Shown piece after piece: positions 22,401 to 31,745 of a stretch of DNA of 46,890 bases. The notes beneath the pieces were generated by a model. That model searched no databases and was not told where the DNA came from. It saw only the letters and a list, made by a program, of their open reading frames with translations. Numbering within the stretch: position 1 is the stretch's first letter; each line of letters opens with the position of its first letter. This DNA is from an uncultured Bacteroidota bacterium (GTDB lineage Bacteria; Bacteroidota; Bacteroidia; Chitinophagales; LD1): the NCBI GenBank assembly GCA_903927935.1, contig CAIYOV010000293.1:1-46890 (forward strand), read 5' to 3'. The translations under genes and the position numbers were made by a program.

Positions 22401-23993
22401 GGATCCTGGAGCGGTTGGGAAATTACTACTCATAGTTCCACCGGCCAAATAAAGAGTTCCTGCGGGATCGATCTCTAATGAGTAGCAGGCATCATCATTT
22501 GAACCACCGAGATACGTACACCAAACTAACTGCGAACAATCGTTATTGAGTTTAAATGCACAGCCATCCTGTGTTCCTCCAAATGCTGTTTGTATAGCAC
22601 CACCGGTAACAGGAAAATCAGATGATTGCGTGCAGCTTGCAACATAAATATTGTCATTTGCATCTACGTTTACTTCACCTCTGTTTTGGTCGCCATAATT
22701 TCGTTTTAAATTTCCTGAAGTAAATTCCTGAGGTTCAAAATTAATTCCATCCATTCCTGTTCCTCCTATGAATGTTGAGCCTAGTAAAGCGGTGCCGGTA
22801 GAATTAAATTTTGAAACTACAATATCCCCACCGCCATTGTAAGAGTTATCATAAGCGTTTGCGGAAATAGGATAATTGGCAGAGTAACTGACTCCGTAAA
22901 CAACCAGATTATTCTGCGGATCAACCACAAGAGAATGGGGGGTTTCATTGTCATTTCCTCCAAGATAAGTAGAATAGATTATTTGAGTTCCATTAGCCTT
23001 AAATTTTGTAATGCCCATATCACAAGCGTAGCCAATTCCATTTCCGTTTCCAGGTCCAATTATTTGTCCCTGTAATCCTGTGCCGCTTCCCCACACCGTT
23101 TGAAATGCGCCAATAGTTGTTGGGTAAGTTGCGTTTTGAGTTGGGAAATTGGCATTCACATAGCCACCTACGTACATGTTTCCCTCTTCATCGTAAGTTG
23201 CCGTGTAGCCCCAGTTGTCAGCAGTAGCACCGGTGTAGGTTGAGAAGATGATATTGGGATCGATTACGAGCGGGAAGCTTTTATCGTATCCGTCAGGAAA
23301 TTCAAAACTCAATTCATCTGCATTTAAAGCGAAATTGCATTTCACCTCTCTTCTGAAACCATTTATTTTCTGATAGGCAAATGGACTTTCCTCTATTACA
23401 TCACCCACTGAAGTTTGAATTCGTAATTTGGAATCCGTAATTTGTAGTTTCTCTGCACCGGTGTAATGAATCTTAATTTTCGAAACATCTGCCTCGGGTT
23501 TTACCACCCAATCATATTTTAATTGTCTATTCTGTTTAGTGTAGAGCAGCAAATCAATCCCATTATAGAGCTCCGAATAATTTATCTGCGAAAATATTTT
23601 TGCACCCGAAGCCCAATGCTGAGGCTCATTACCGAGATAAAAATTGGCATAATCAAGAAAAGAATTTTCTCCTTGTAAAACAGGATTCGGATTTGCACCA
23701 ACAAATTCTTCTTTAAAGGCATGTCCATGAATAATTACATCTTCATTATTTCCTGGGTGTTTAATTTTTGAAAGATCATCAGCAGATTGAAGAAAGAAGT
23801 AAAACGCATTTTTTTCAAGCAGCAATCTTCCGTTGGGTATATCACCACGGAAAATAATTTTCTCATGCCATTGCCCTTTGTTCTCGGTAAAGCGGAGTTG
23901 TTCCGCCCTTGGAATTGATATTGCACTGCTCTGTGCAAAACTGCCCCAAGTCAAAAGCATTAAGTAAATACTGAAAAATAAAAATCGCTTCAC
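19449..23993 (-). CDS. large surface adhesin-like protein: SBBP beta-propeller repeats, multiple PKD domains, T9SS type B C-terminal sorting domain
   Basis: 1514 aa with a signal peptide. The N-terminal half has recurring D....D..GN.Y..G.T.S..FP motifs (SBBP-like). At least seven PKD signatures (W.FGDG..S). The C-terminus (VPNAFSPNGDGINDVVKVEG......IYNRWGEKVFE....GWDG......EVYTY) is a type B sorting domain. Confidence 0.85.
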   Translation of the reverse strand: MKRFLFFSIYLMLLTWGSFAQSSAISIPRAEQLRFTENKGQWHEKIIFRGDIPNGRLLLEKNAFYFFLQSADDLSKIKHPGNNEDVIIHGHAFKEEFVGANPNPVLQGENSFLDYANFYLGNEPQHWASGAKIFSQINYSELYNGIDLLLYTKQNRQLKYDWVVKPEADVSKIKIHYTGAEKLQITDSKLRIQTSVGDVIEESPFAYQKINGFRREVKCNFALNADELSFEFPDGYDKSFPLVIDPNIIFSTYTGATADNWGYTATYDEEGNMYVGGYVNANFPTQNATYPTTIGAFQTVWGSGTGLQGQIIGPGNGNGIGYACDMGITKFKANGTQIIYSTYLGGNDNETPHSLVVDPQNNLVVYGVSYSANYPISANAYDNSYNGGGDIVVSKFNSTGTALLGSTFIGGTGMDGINFEPQEFTSGNLKRNYGDQNRGEVNVDANDNIYVASCTQSSDFPVTGGAIQTAFGGTQDGCAFKLNNDCSQLVWCTYLGGSNDDACYSLEIDPAGTLYLAGGTMSSNFPTAPGSLHTTYQGGQYDGFLALINATGTQLISSSYIGTSGDDQVYFVKSDAAGNIYFVGQTTGSYPVQNAAYSNPNSGQFITKINPSLNNIFYSTVFGSGIGSPNISPTAFVVDTCENVYVAGWGTNSGSFSNFQNNMFNMPLTADAMQTTTDGTDFYFFVLSKNAQNILYGSYFGGNGAIEHVDGGTSRFDKRGVIYEAICAGCGGNSLTPTTPGVWSPNNQSSNCNELGLKIAFNLAGAQVHIDASPRATGCVPLTVQFQATLNNVQTHTWYFGDGSFSFLINPLHTYTDTGTYRVMLIGIDSNSCNIADTAFLDVVVKDDSIVADFLPNLNINCYNKSVSMNTVSYPSASYSWNMGDGSHYTTDSVNHIYLNPGTYNITLIVSDSTRCSLADTFASQVTIPQQVDATFTASNSGGCIPLTVNFIAPFISTSSYHWNFGDGSFSILANNTHTYTTSDSFHVLLIVIDSSSCNIADTAFATIVTVDSVAKGDFNFIRTFFGCDSVQVTVWSMYQGEDSELWAWGDGTQTANADTAYHVYSTAGSFTITHYLTDSHMFCKPLDTAEIVVSLVPLNISITVSDTGGCLPFAAEFIGNSVLLSTDFIWYFGDGNSSTGDTTIHTYNSTGIFNVTAVAIDTNACVGADSAFAQITVIDDSVHADFNLNILNDCDSNLIVDLVNTSSNAVQYLWTFGDGTSSTQQNENHSYTSPATYTITLIVQDTNRCHPLDTILKNVTLLPNVFVDFTVANVCAGTPVQFNNLSDSNANFVWNFGDGGASTQYSPSHSYNIIGNHSVFLTIVDSATCDVTASVTHDVEIYAQPIADFTTQGDTFNFETPVQFINHSFAYQNLFWQFGDGDSSTDENPAHAYESIYTMNVCLEAFNDACSDTICKNIFISFNGLVGVPNAFSPNGDGINDVVKVEGRGIVGLMFRIYNRWGEKVFETHDKNIGWDGIYKGVLQEMEVYTYAVEATLVDGKTIPLKGNITLLR

Positions 23994-24074
23994 AAGTAGA
24001 CTTATGCCTTAAAGATAGATAAAAATGAATTTGAGTTGGAAGTAGCTAAGTTTCTTTCTGATTTATTATTAAAA

Positions 24075-24107
24075 TAAAAAAGCCGACACTCTTTTTTGTG
24101 TCGGCTT
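24075..24107 (-). terminator. rho-independent terminator closing the beta-oxidation operon
   Basis: AGCCGACAC-(loop)-GTGTCGGCT hairpin. The minus strand reads AGCCGACACAAAAAAGAGTGTCGGCT followed by TTTTTTATTTT, about 35 nt past the acyl-CoA dehydrogenase stop. Confidence 0.75.
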
Positions 24108-24141
24108 TTGCTTAGTGTTTTACAATTAAGTCTATAGTTTT

Positions 24142-25947
24142 TTAATCCCAGAAACAGTAACCACCTTCTGAGATCAATTTATCAGCAACTGCTCTGCGAA
24201 TTTCTTTGGTGTTAATCATTTCATATTTAGTGAAACGTTTTAAACCCATTAACATCATACGAAGTTCATCGCCACCTGCAAATGATACGAGAGCAGATTT
24301 TCCTGCTATGTTTATTCTGTCCATCGCATCAAAGAAATAGCACTTCACCATGTCCACATAAATTTGTGAGGCTTCCTGTCCGTGAAGGTTTACTAATTTT
24401 TCAGCGCGTAGCATTCCACTTTCCATGTTAAGAATATCAGCCATCATATCAGAACAGTGCATCAGCAGTTCTTGCTCTTTCTCAAGACCCATCATTAATT
24501 TTTGAACTGCAGAGCCGGCAACTAAAAGGAATGCCTTCTTCGCATTCTTCAACGCATTTCTTTCTGCACCAAAAATATCATCAGCATCGGTCGAAGAAAA
24601 ATCAGGAACACTCATCAATTCTTTTTGAATAGCCATGCCAGGTGTCATTAAATCTAATTTTCCTTTCATGGCAAATTTCAGCAATGCATCCATAGAAAGC
24701 ATGCGATTGATTTCGTTTGTGCCTTCAAAAATTCTATTAATGCGACTATCTCTGTAAGCGCGCGCCATAGGATACTCTTCAATAAATCCATAGCCACCGT
24801 GAATCTGTAAAGCTTCATCTACAGTAAAGTCAAGTACTTCGCTTCCCATAACTTTCAGCAACGCACACTCTACCTGAAACTCTTCTGCCCCACCGGTTAA
24901 ATATTCGGTCATTGATTTTCCCTGTGCTTTCAATTCATGTTCCTTCTGCAATATCAAATCACAAACACGGTAAGAAGCACTTTCTGTCATCCAGGTGCGA
25001 ATAGTCATTTCTCCAAGTTTGCCTTTAATAGCTCCGAACTGCTGAATAGGTGTTTTGAACTGTTGACGCTCTGCAGAATATTTAACGGCTGTACTTATAA
25101 CTCGTTTTGTGCCGCCTAATACTCCGTTGCATAATTTGTAACGACCAATATTTAAAATCTGAAATGCGATTTTGTGTCCTTTGCCTTCTTCACCCAGTAA
25201 ATTTTCAACCGGAACTTTTACATCGTTGAAAAACACCGCGCAAGTGGAAGAAGATTTAATTCCCATTTTCTTTTCTTCTGCACCTATACTTAAACCTTCA
25301 TAACCCCGCTCAACAATAAAACCGGTGAATTTTTTATCGTCACCATCAATTTTTGCAAATACCACAAACACATCGGCAAAGCCTGCATTGGTTATAAATA
25401 TTTTTTGCCCGTTGAGGATGTAATGTTTTTTATCTGTACTTAACACTGCTTTTGTTTTTGCACCAAGAGCATCTGAACCGCTTCCGGGTTCTGTCAAAGC
25501 ATAAGCAGCTTTCAGTTCACCGGTGGCTAATTTTGGAAGATATTTTGCGCGTTGCGCATCCGTTCCGTAATAAATAATCGGACAAGTTCCTATACCTGTG
25601 TGTGCGCCAATGCCAACACTTACACCGTGTCCCCAGCCCAGAACTTCAGTAACGTACGAAAAAGTCATGAGGTCTTTTCCCAAGCCGCCATACTCTTCGG
25701 GAATATGAATACTGAGCAAACCAAGTTCACCGGCTTTTTCAATCACACCGGCACACAGCAATGGGTCTTTCTCTAATTTCTCAAGTGGAATATCAATTTC
25801 TTTTCGCACAAAATCTTTCGTCATTTCGCGCATAGCAGTTTGCTCTTCGTTGATCTGTTCAGGAATATAAACGTCCTGCCATTGCGATTCTTTAATCAGG
25901 TATTCGCCTCCTTTAAGTGTGGTTGCTTTTGTTGTTGAGGTTTCCAT
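24142..25947 (-). CDS. long-form acyl-CoA dehydrogenase (about 600 aa, with extra C-terminal helical domain)
   Basis: 601 aa with ACAD motifs: [45 protein letters not shown]-terminal extension of about 180 aa follows, as in FadE-like long ACADs. Confidence 0.9.
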   Translation of the reverse strand: METSTTKATTLKGGEYLIKESQWQDVYIPEQINEEQTAMREMTKDFVRKEIDIPLEKLEKDPLLCAGVIEKAGELGLLSIHIPEEYGGLGKDLMTFSYVTEVLGWGHGVSVGIGAHTGIGTCPIIYYGTDAQRAKYLPKLATGELKAAYALTEPGSGSDALGAKTKAVLSTDKKHYILNGQKIFITNAGFADVFVVFAKIDGDDKKFTGFIVERGYEGLSIGAEEKKMGIKSSSTCAVFFNDVKVPVENLLGEEGKGHKIAFQILNIGRYKLCNGVLGGTKRVISTAVKYSAERQQFKTPIQQFGAIKGKLGEMTIRTWMTESASYRVCDLILQKEHELKAQGKSMTEYLTGGAEEFQVECALLKVMGSEVLDFTVDEALQIHGGYGFIEEYPMARAYRDSRINRIFEGTNEINRMLSMDALLKFAMKGKLDLMTPGMAIQKELMSVPDFSSTDADDIFGAERNALKNAKKAFLLVAGSAVQKLMMGLEKEQELLMHCSDMMADILNMESGMLRAEKLVNLHGQEASQIYVDMVKCYFFDAMDRINIAGKSALVSFAGGDELRMMLMGLKRFTKYEMINTKEIRRAVADKLISEGGYCFWD

Positions 25948-25972
25948 TTATTTTATTTTAGTATTTATATTT

Positions 25973-27765
25973 TTAGAAACAGTATTGATCTTCTTCAATG
26001 AGTTTATCTGCAATTCTTCTTCTTGCTGCAATGGTGTTGTAAGCTTCATATTTTGTAAAACGCTTTAATCCCATCAGCATAATGCGAAGCGTATCTCCAT
26101 CATTAAATGCTGTGATAGCATGTTTGCCCGAAAGATTTATTTTTTCAAGAGCATCGCTGATATAAGTTTTTGCCATATCAATTTGCAAACTTGCAGCAGC
26201 TTCTCCGCGAATGCTGATTAATTTTTCGGTTCGAAGCAAAACCGATTCGCAAACGAATAATTCAATCAGCATGTCAGAAATGTTCATGATAATTTCCTGT
26301 TCCTTATCTAAATTGTTCATGAACTTCTGAACGGCTGCACCGGCTGTCATCAATATTGCCTTCTTAGCATTCTGCAATGCTTTCTTTTCTGCAGCAAAAA
26401 AATCATCCGAGTTATCGCTGCTGAAATCAGGAACACTCATCAATTCTTTTTGAACTGCCATAGCAGGAGTGAATAAATCAACTTCCCCTTTCATGGCTTT
26501 CTTCACCAACATGCCTACTGCAAGCAACGATTTATTTCATTTGTTCCTTCAAAAATTCTGCTGATTCTCGCATCGCGGTATGCACGAGCCACAGGATACT
26601 CTTCGCTAAAACCGGTACCGCCAAAAACCTGCACCGCTTCGTCCACCACATACGCCAAAATTTCTGAGCCAAACACTTTTAAGATTGCGCACTCAATAGA
26701 GTATTCTTCTGCGGCAATTAATTTTGCTTGCACCTTGTCAGTGCCTTTTGCCGAAAGGTCGGCAATCATATCATCAATTAAACCACCGGTGCGGTATGTT
26801 GCCGATTCGCAAGCGTATGTTTTAATTGCCATTTCTGCCAGTTTGTGTTTAATAGCACCAAACGAAGAAATGGGAACGTTGAATTGAACTCTTTCGTTGG
26901 CATATTTAGTGGCTACAGTTATTGTTTTTTTTGAACCACCTAAATTGAGAACTGCCAATTTGTAACGACCAATGTTCAGCACATTAAAGGCGATTTTGTG
27001 TCCTTTCCCAATTTCACCCAACAAATTTTCTACCGGTACTTTTACATTATTAAAAAATACCTGACGAGTAGACGAACCTTTAATCCCCAATTTATCTTCT
27101 TCGCTGCCTAAAGAAATTCCTTCGCTCTTTGCATCAACAATAAAGCCGGTGAATTTTTCCCCATCTACTTTTGCAAACACAGTAAAAATGTCGGCAAACC
27201 CCGCGTTTGTAATCCACATTTTTTGCCCGTTCAAAATGTAGTGCTTGCTATCTTCAGTTAATACAGCTTTTGATTTTGCGCCCAATGCATCGCTTCCGCT
27301 ACCCGGTTCTGTTAGGCAGTAAGCGGCTTTAATTTCGCCACTCGATAAACCAGGCAAATATTTTTGTTTCTGTTCAGCAGTGCCGAAATACAAAATTGGC
27401 AGTGTGCCGATGCCGGTGTGTGCTGCAAACGCGGCGGCAAATGAATGTGCAGTTCCCATCTCTTCATTGATAACTGTATCAGTGCAAACATCTACTCCCA
27501 TGCCGCCAAATTCTTCGGGCACGCTTGCACCGAGTAAACCGAGTTCACCGGACTCCAACATAAGTTGTTGTGTAAGTCCCGGTTCTTGTTTCTCAATTTG
27601 TTTTACAATGGGGTGGATGCGATTGGTAACAAAATCTGATGCCGTTTGAGCAAACATTTTTTGTTCTTCGCTAATTTCATCTTTAATAAAAACATTTTGA
27701 AACGAAGTTTCCTTAATTAAAAATTCTCCGCCTTTCAAGATTGTTTTGGTTTGAGTTGTTTCCAT
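25973..27765 (-). pseudogene. tandem paralog of the long-form acyl-CoA dehydrogenase, interrupted by a single -1 frameshift near 26515-26527 (pseudogene or sequencing error)
   Basis: ORF 26515..27765 ends ...[17 protein letters not shown] 25973..26527 continues in another frame with (LL)[35 protein letters not shown], which is colinear with the intact neighbour (..EINRMLSMDALLKFAMKGKLDLMTPGMAIQKELMSVPDFSS). Adding one T to the TT in AATCGTTGCTTGCA restores NR-LLAVGML. Confidence 0.8.
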
Positions 27766-27831
27766 TTTTTCAATTTGTGTTAGTATTAAAAAAAGACCTC
27801 CGAAATATTTTAATCAGTGAGGTCAAATAAT

Positions 27832-29001
27832 TTATAATCTTTCAAAAATTCCGGCAATTCCTTGTCCACCACCGATACAGGCACTTACCATTCCGTATTT
27901 ATTATTCCTACGTTTCATTTCGCCAATCAACTTTTGGAAAAGATAAGTTCCCGATGCTCCTAGCGGGTGACCAAGTGCAACCGCACCTCCATTTACATTG
28001 ATGATATCTGTATTCAGGTTTACTTCTTTAATTACTGCAAGTGACTGTGCTGCGAAAGCCTCATTTAATTCAATCAACTCAATATCATTCAGGTTTAATC
28101 CTGCTTGTTTTAAAGCTTTTGGAATTGCAGCTACCGGTCCAATACCCATTAAAGTTGGATCAACACCTACACATGCAGAGGTAACCATGCGCGCAATTGG
28201 CAGAAGGTTTAATTCTTTCACCACTCGTTCGCTTACTACTATAACAAATGCTGCGGCATCAGAAGTTTGCGAGGAGTTCCCTGCCGTTACCTGGCCACCA
28301 TTTTTGAAAGCAGGTTTGAGTTTTGCCAAACCTTCCATCGAAGTATCAGCACGCGGACCTTCATCTTGTGATACAGTGAACTTGCGTGTTTTCTTTTTGC
28401 CATCTTCAAAATAAGTTTCTTCAATTTCTACAGGCACAATATCTTCTTTGAACTTATCTGCTGCAAGTGCGGCCATTGCTTTTTTGTGACTATTAACTGA
28501 AAATTCATCGGCTTGTTCACGAGTGATACCATATTTAGTGGCAACATTTTCTGCCGTTAATCCCATGCCTATATAATATTCAGGATGGTCTTTGGCGATT
28601 TCGTAATTCGGAACGGTTTTGTAACCAACGGTTGGAACCAAACTCATGCTTTCTGTTCCACCGGCAATAATTACATCAGCCATTCCTGCTTTAATTTTTG
28701 CAGTTGCCATAGCAATACTTTCAATGCCGCTGCCACAGTAACGATTGATAGATACACCGGGAACTTCGATAGGCAGGGAACGAACCGCCACCCAACGCGC
28801 CATCTGCAACCCTTGTTCTGCTTCGGGTACTGCATTCCCAACTATCACATCGTCAACACGTTTTGGATCGAGTTGCGGAACTTTTTTCAATAAATCTGTA
28901 ATAGCGTAATACGCAAGGTCAACCGGTGTGGTAAATCTGAAACCTCCGCGTTTTGCTTTTCCTATGGCGGTTCTTGAACCGGCTATGATATATGCTTCCA
29001 T
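27832..29001 (-). CDS. acetyl-CoA C-acyltransferase (3-ketoacyl-CoA thiolase, FadA-like)
   Basis: 389 aa. Thiolase active-site regions: NRYCGSG (Cys nucleophile), NEAFAAQ, NVNGGAVALGHPLGASG, and CIGGGQG near the C-terminus. Confidence 0.93.
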   Translation of the reverse strand: MEAYIIAGSRTAIGKAKRGGFRFTTPVDLAYYAITDLLKKVPQLDPKRVDDVIVGNAVPEAEQGLQMARWVAVRSLPIEVPGVSINRYCGSGIESIAMATAKIKAGMADVIIAGGTESMSLVPTVGYKTVPNYEIAKDHPEYYIGMGLTAENVATKYGITREQADEFSVNSHKKAMAALAADKFKEDIVPVEIEETYFEDGKKKTRKFTVSQDEGPRADTSMEGLAKLKPAFKNGGQVTAGNSSQTSDAAAFVIVVSERVVKELNLLPIARMVTSACVGVDPTLMGIGPVAAIPKALKQAGLNLNDIELIELNEAFAAQSLAVIKEVNLNTDIINVNGGAVALGHPLGASGTYLFQKLIGEMKRRNNKYGMVSACIGGGQGIAGIFERL

Positions 29002-29019
29002 GTTTTATATTTTCTGATT

Positions 29020-29220
29020 TTATAAATTATAATTTCTTTTTGTTGTGTCGTGAGAAATTGCCTTTTCTACTGATGAATCAATTTTCGCTGTTGGATCTAT
29101 TTCAATTTGTCCTTCATTACCTCTCGAAGGTGCTTCATAAGCACCTTGTTTTGCCGGTTGACATGATGAAGCAACTGACGTTGCAGCAACAAGAAGTAAT
29201 ATGAAAGAGAAATTTTTCAT
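29020..29220 (-). CDS. small hypothetical lipoprotein embedded in the beta-oxidation operon
   Basis: 66-aa ORF starting MKNFSFILLLVAATSVASSC (signal peptide plus lipobox-like Cys). It is tightly packed: 2 nt after the upstream stop and 18 nt before the thiolase ATG. I do not recognise a family. Confidence 0.45.
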   Translation of the reverse strand: MKNFSFILLLVAATSVASSCQPAKQGAYEAPSRGNEGQIEIDPTAKIDSSVEKAISHDTTKRNYNL

Positions 29221-29222
29221 GA

Positions 29223-31658
29223 TTAGTTTCTCAATGGCTTACCGGTAGTTAGAATGGATTGAATTCTCTCTAAAGTTTTCTTTTCACCGCAAAGCGATAA
29301 GAATGCTTCACGTTCCAGATCCAACAGATATTGTTCGGTAACGTTTGTTTCGGTAGATAAATCGCCACCGCATAAAACCCAAGCAATTTTCTGTGCAATT
29401 TTAAAATCGTGTTCGCTTGCATACGCGCCTACTTTGAACGAAGCGGCACCGGCATACAATGCACTCAATCCGGTTTTGCCCAATACGGTAATATCATCAC
29501 GCTGTGGTTTTTGCACGTAACCGTTGTTGTAAAGTTCCAGCACTTTATCTTTTGCTTCGGCAATCAGGCGCGATGAGTTTACTACTACTACATCTTTCTT
29601 TTTATCTAAAACTCCAACACTGAAAGCTTCGTAAGCAGAAGTCGCAACTTTTGCTGTTGCAATTGCAGTAAAGCGTTCTGCCAATTGAGGAATCTGTGCA
29701 TCGCCTGCATAGTATGCATCGCTGGCACGAAGAGCCATTTCTTTGGTTCCGCCTCCGCCAGGGATAAGACCCACCCCAACTTCTACTAAACCAATATAAG
29801 TTTCGGCACTCGCCACCGCGCTATCACTGTGCATACTGAATTCGCAACCGCCACCTAATGTCATTCCGTGTGGAGCAGCTACTACAGGTATTGATGAATA
29901 ACGACAACGCATTGTCGCATTCTGGAATGCGCGAACCGCAAAATCTAATTCGTCATATTCCTGCTCAAGAGCAAACATGAAAATCATAGCAAGATTTGCA
30001 CCGGCACTAAAGTTCGGATAATCATGGCCGAGCACTAGACCTTTCCATCCTTGTGTTTCAGCAATATCAATTCCCTTATTGATAGCTTCAATTACTTCTC
30101 CACCGATTGAATTCATTTTTGTAGCCCAAGAAACATTCAATACACCATCACCGATGTCATCAATTCGGCAAAGCGAATTTTTCCAAACAGGTTTCTGGTC
30201 CTTGTAGTTATCAAGAATGATAAACGCTTCACGACCCGGAATCGCTTTGTAAGACTTTGAAGGAATATCGTAATACTTCTGCACTCCGTTTTCTACTTTG
30301 TAGAAGGTTTTGAAGCCAGCAGCCAACATTTCATCCACCCAGACATTTACTTTAAAACCTGCTTCTTTCATCCCTTTCGTCAATGCTTCTACACCAATTG
30401 CATCCCATTGTTCAAACGGACCTATTTCCCAACCAAAACCTGCGCGCATAGCATCGTCAATTCTGTAAAGTTCATCGCTGATTTCAGGGATGCGGTTGCT
30501 TACGTAAGCAGAAACGTAGTAAGTAAGTTTACGTAGAAAATCTCCGTGCTTATCAGTTTGTTTAGAGATTGCCGCCAACCGTTTTTTCAAACTCTCAATG
30601 CTCTTTAGCTCTATTGTGGCAGATTTTGTTTTTGCTGAAGGTTTGTATTCAAGTGTTTTCCAGTCAAGCGTGCTGAACGATTTTTTGCCGTTTGCGTCTT
30701 TCGATTTTTTGAAAAATCCCTGACCGGTTTTATCGCCAATCCATTTGTTGGTTTCCATTTGCATGATCCAATCCGGAACCTGCAACACATCGCGGTATTC
30801 ATCATTAGGTAAACTATCATGCGCACCTTTCATTACTTTAATCATGGTATCCAAACCAACCACATCAGTAGTTCTGAAAGTAGCTGACTTAGGTTTTCCG
30901 ATTAACGTTCCGGTCAATGCATCAACTTCATCAATAGTGAAATCCATTTCCTGCATTAACTTGATAACTGCCGCAATGCTGAATACTCCTACACGATTGG
31001 CAATAAATGCAGGCGTGTCTTTACATAATACAGTCTGTTTGCCGAGGAATAAATCGCCATAACTCATCAGAAAGTCAATTACTTCTGGATGGGTTTCGAC
31101 AGTTGGAATAATTTCTAATAAGCGCAGATAGCGGGGTGGATTGAAATAGTGTGTGCCACAGAAGTGTGCGCGGAAATCATCGCTTCTTCCTTCTGCCATT
31201 AAATGAATTGGAATACCTGAAGTGTTAGAAGTAATGAGTGTTCCAGGCTTACGGAACTTCTCTACTTTTTCGAAAACCAGTTTTTTGATGTCGAGACGCT
31301 CTACTACCACTTCAATAATCCAGTCAGCATTTTTAATCAGCGAAAGGTTGTCATCGAAGTTACCGGTGGTGATGCGCGAAGCAAAAGCTTTATCGTAAAC
31401 CGGATTGGGGTTGCTCTTTAAGGCAAATGCCAAAGCATCGTTTACTAATTTGTTACGCAGTGCCGGTTTCTTTGCATCGGCTTCACTTAAGTTAGGAGTA
31501 ACAATATCTAGCAAATAAACTTTTAAGCCGATGTTGGCATAGTGTAAGGCAATACGTGAACCCATTACACCGGAGCCTAACACAGCAACGGTTTTAATTT
31601 TTCTTGCTTTTGCGGGAGTTATGTTCACCGCTTTCTTTTCTGTAGCTGTTGCTTCCAT
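29223..31658 (-). CDS. bifunctional 3-hydroxyacyl-CoA dehydrogenase / enoyl-CoA hydratase (FadB/FadJ-like, dehydrogenase domain N-terminal)
   Basis: 811 aa. N-terminal Rossmann motif VAVLGSGVMGSRIA and HFCGTHYFNPPRY (HADH). The C-terminal crotonase fold includes GMTLGGGCEFSMHSD and GLIPGGGGT. Confidence 0.92.
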   Translation of the reverse strand: MEATATEKKAVNITPAKARKIKTVAVLGSGVMGSRIALHYANIGLKVYLLDIVTPNLSEADAKKPALRNKLVNDALAFALKSNPNPVYDKAFASRITTGNFDDNLSLIKNADWIIEVVVERLDIKKLVFEKVEKFRKPGTLITSNTSGIPIHLMAEGRSDDFRAHFCGTHYFNPPRYLRLLEIIPTVETHPEVIDFLMSYGDLFLGKQTVLCKDTPAFIANRVGVFSIAAVIKLMQEMDFTIDEVDALTGTLIGKPKSATFRTTDVVGLDTMIKVMKGAHDSLPNDEYRDVLQVPDWIMQMETNKWIGDKTGQGFFKKSKDANGKKSFSTLDWKTLEYKPSAKTKSATIELKSIESLKKRLAAISKQTDKHGDFLRKLTYYVSAYVSNRIPEISDELYRIDDAMRAGFGWEIGPFEQWDAIGVEALTKGMKEAGFKVNVWVDEMLAAGFKTFYKVENGVQKYYDIPSKSYKAIPGREAFIILDNYKDQKPVWKNSLCRIDDIGDGVLNVSWATKMNSIGGEVIEAINKGIDIAETQGWKGLVLGHDYPNFSAGANLAMIFMFALEQEYDELDFAVRAFQNATMRCRYSSIPVVAAPHGMTLGGGCEFSMHSDSAVASAETYIGLVEVGVGLIPGGGGTKEMALRASDAYYAGDAQIPQLAERFTAIATAKVATSAYEAFSVGVLDKKKDVVVVNSSRLIAEAKDKVLELYNNGYVQKPQRDDITVLGKTGLSALYAGAASFKVGAYASEHDFKIAQKIAWVLCGGDLSTETNVTEQYLLDLEREAFLSLCGEKKTLERIQSILTTGKPLRN

Positions 31659-31725
31659 ATTTTATTGTGTATTTATTCTGTAAGATTTTTTTCGGACAAC
31701 GAATTTATAGGTTTATTTTTTTATC

Positions 31726-31741
31726 TACCAACCGTTTGGTA
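31726..31741. promoter_or_regulatory. candidate TetR operator between the tetR stop and the fadB-like start
   Basis: TACCAACCGTTTGGTA is an imperfect palindrome (half-sites TACCAA / TTGGTA). A 14/16 match occurs in reverse orientation at 32419-32434, upstream of the TetR gene. Confidence 0.45.
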
Positions 31742-31745
31742 AGAA

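Noticed and set aside
27795-27830. Hairpin GACCTC-(loop)-GAGGTC with a T tract (minus strand) between the thiolase and the first ACAD
   Set aside because: The stem is only 6 bp with a loop of more than 20 nt, inside what looks like one operon. It could be a weak attenuator, but the evidence is too thin for a terminator call.
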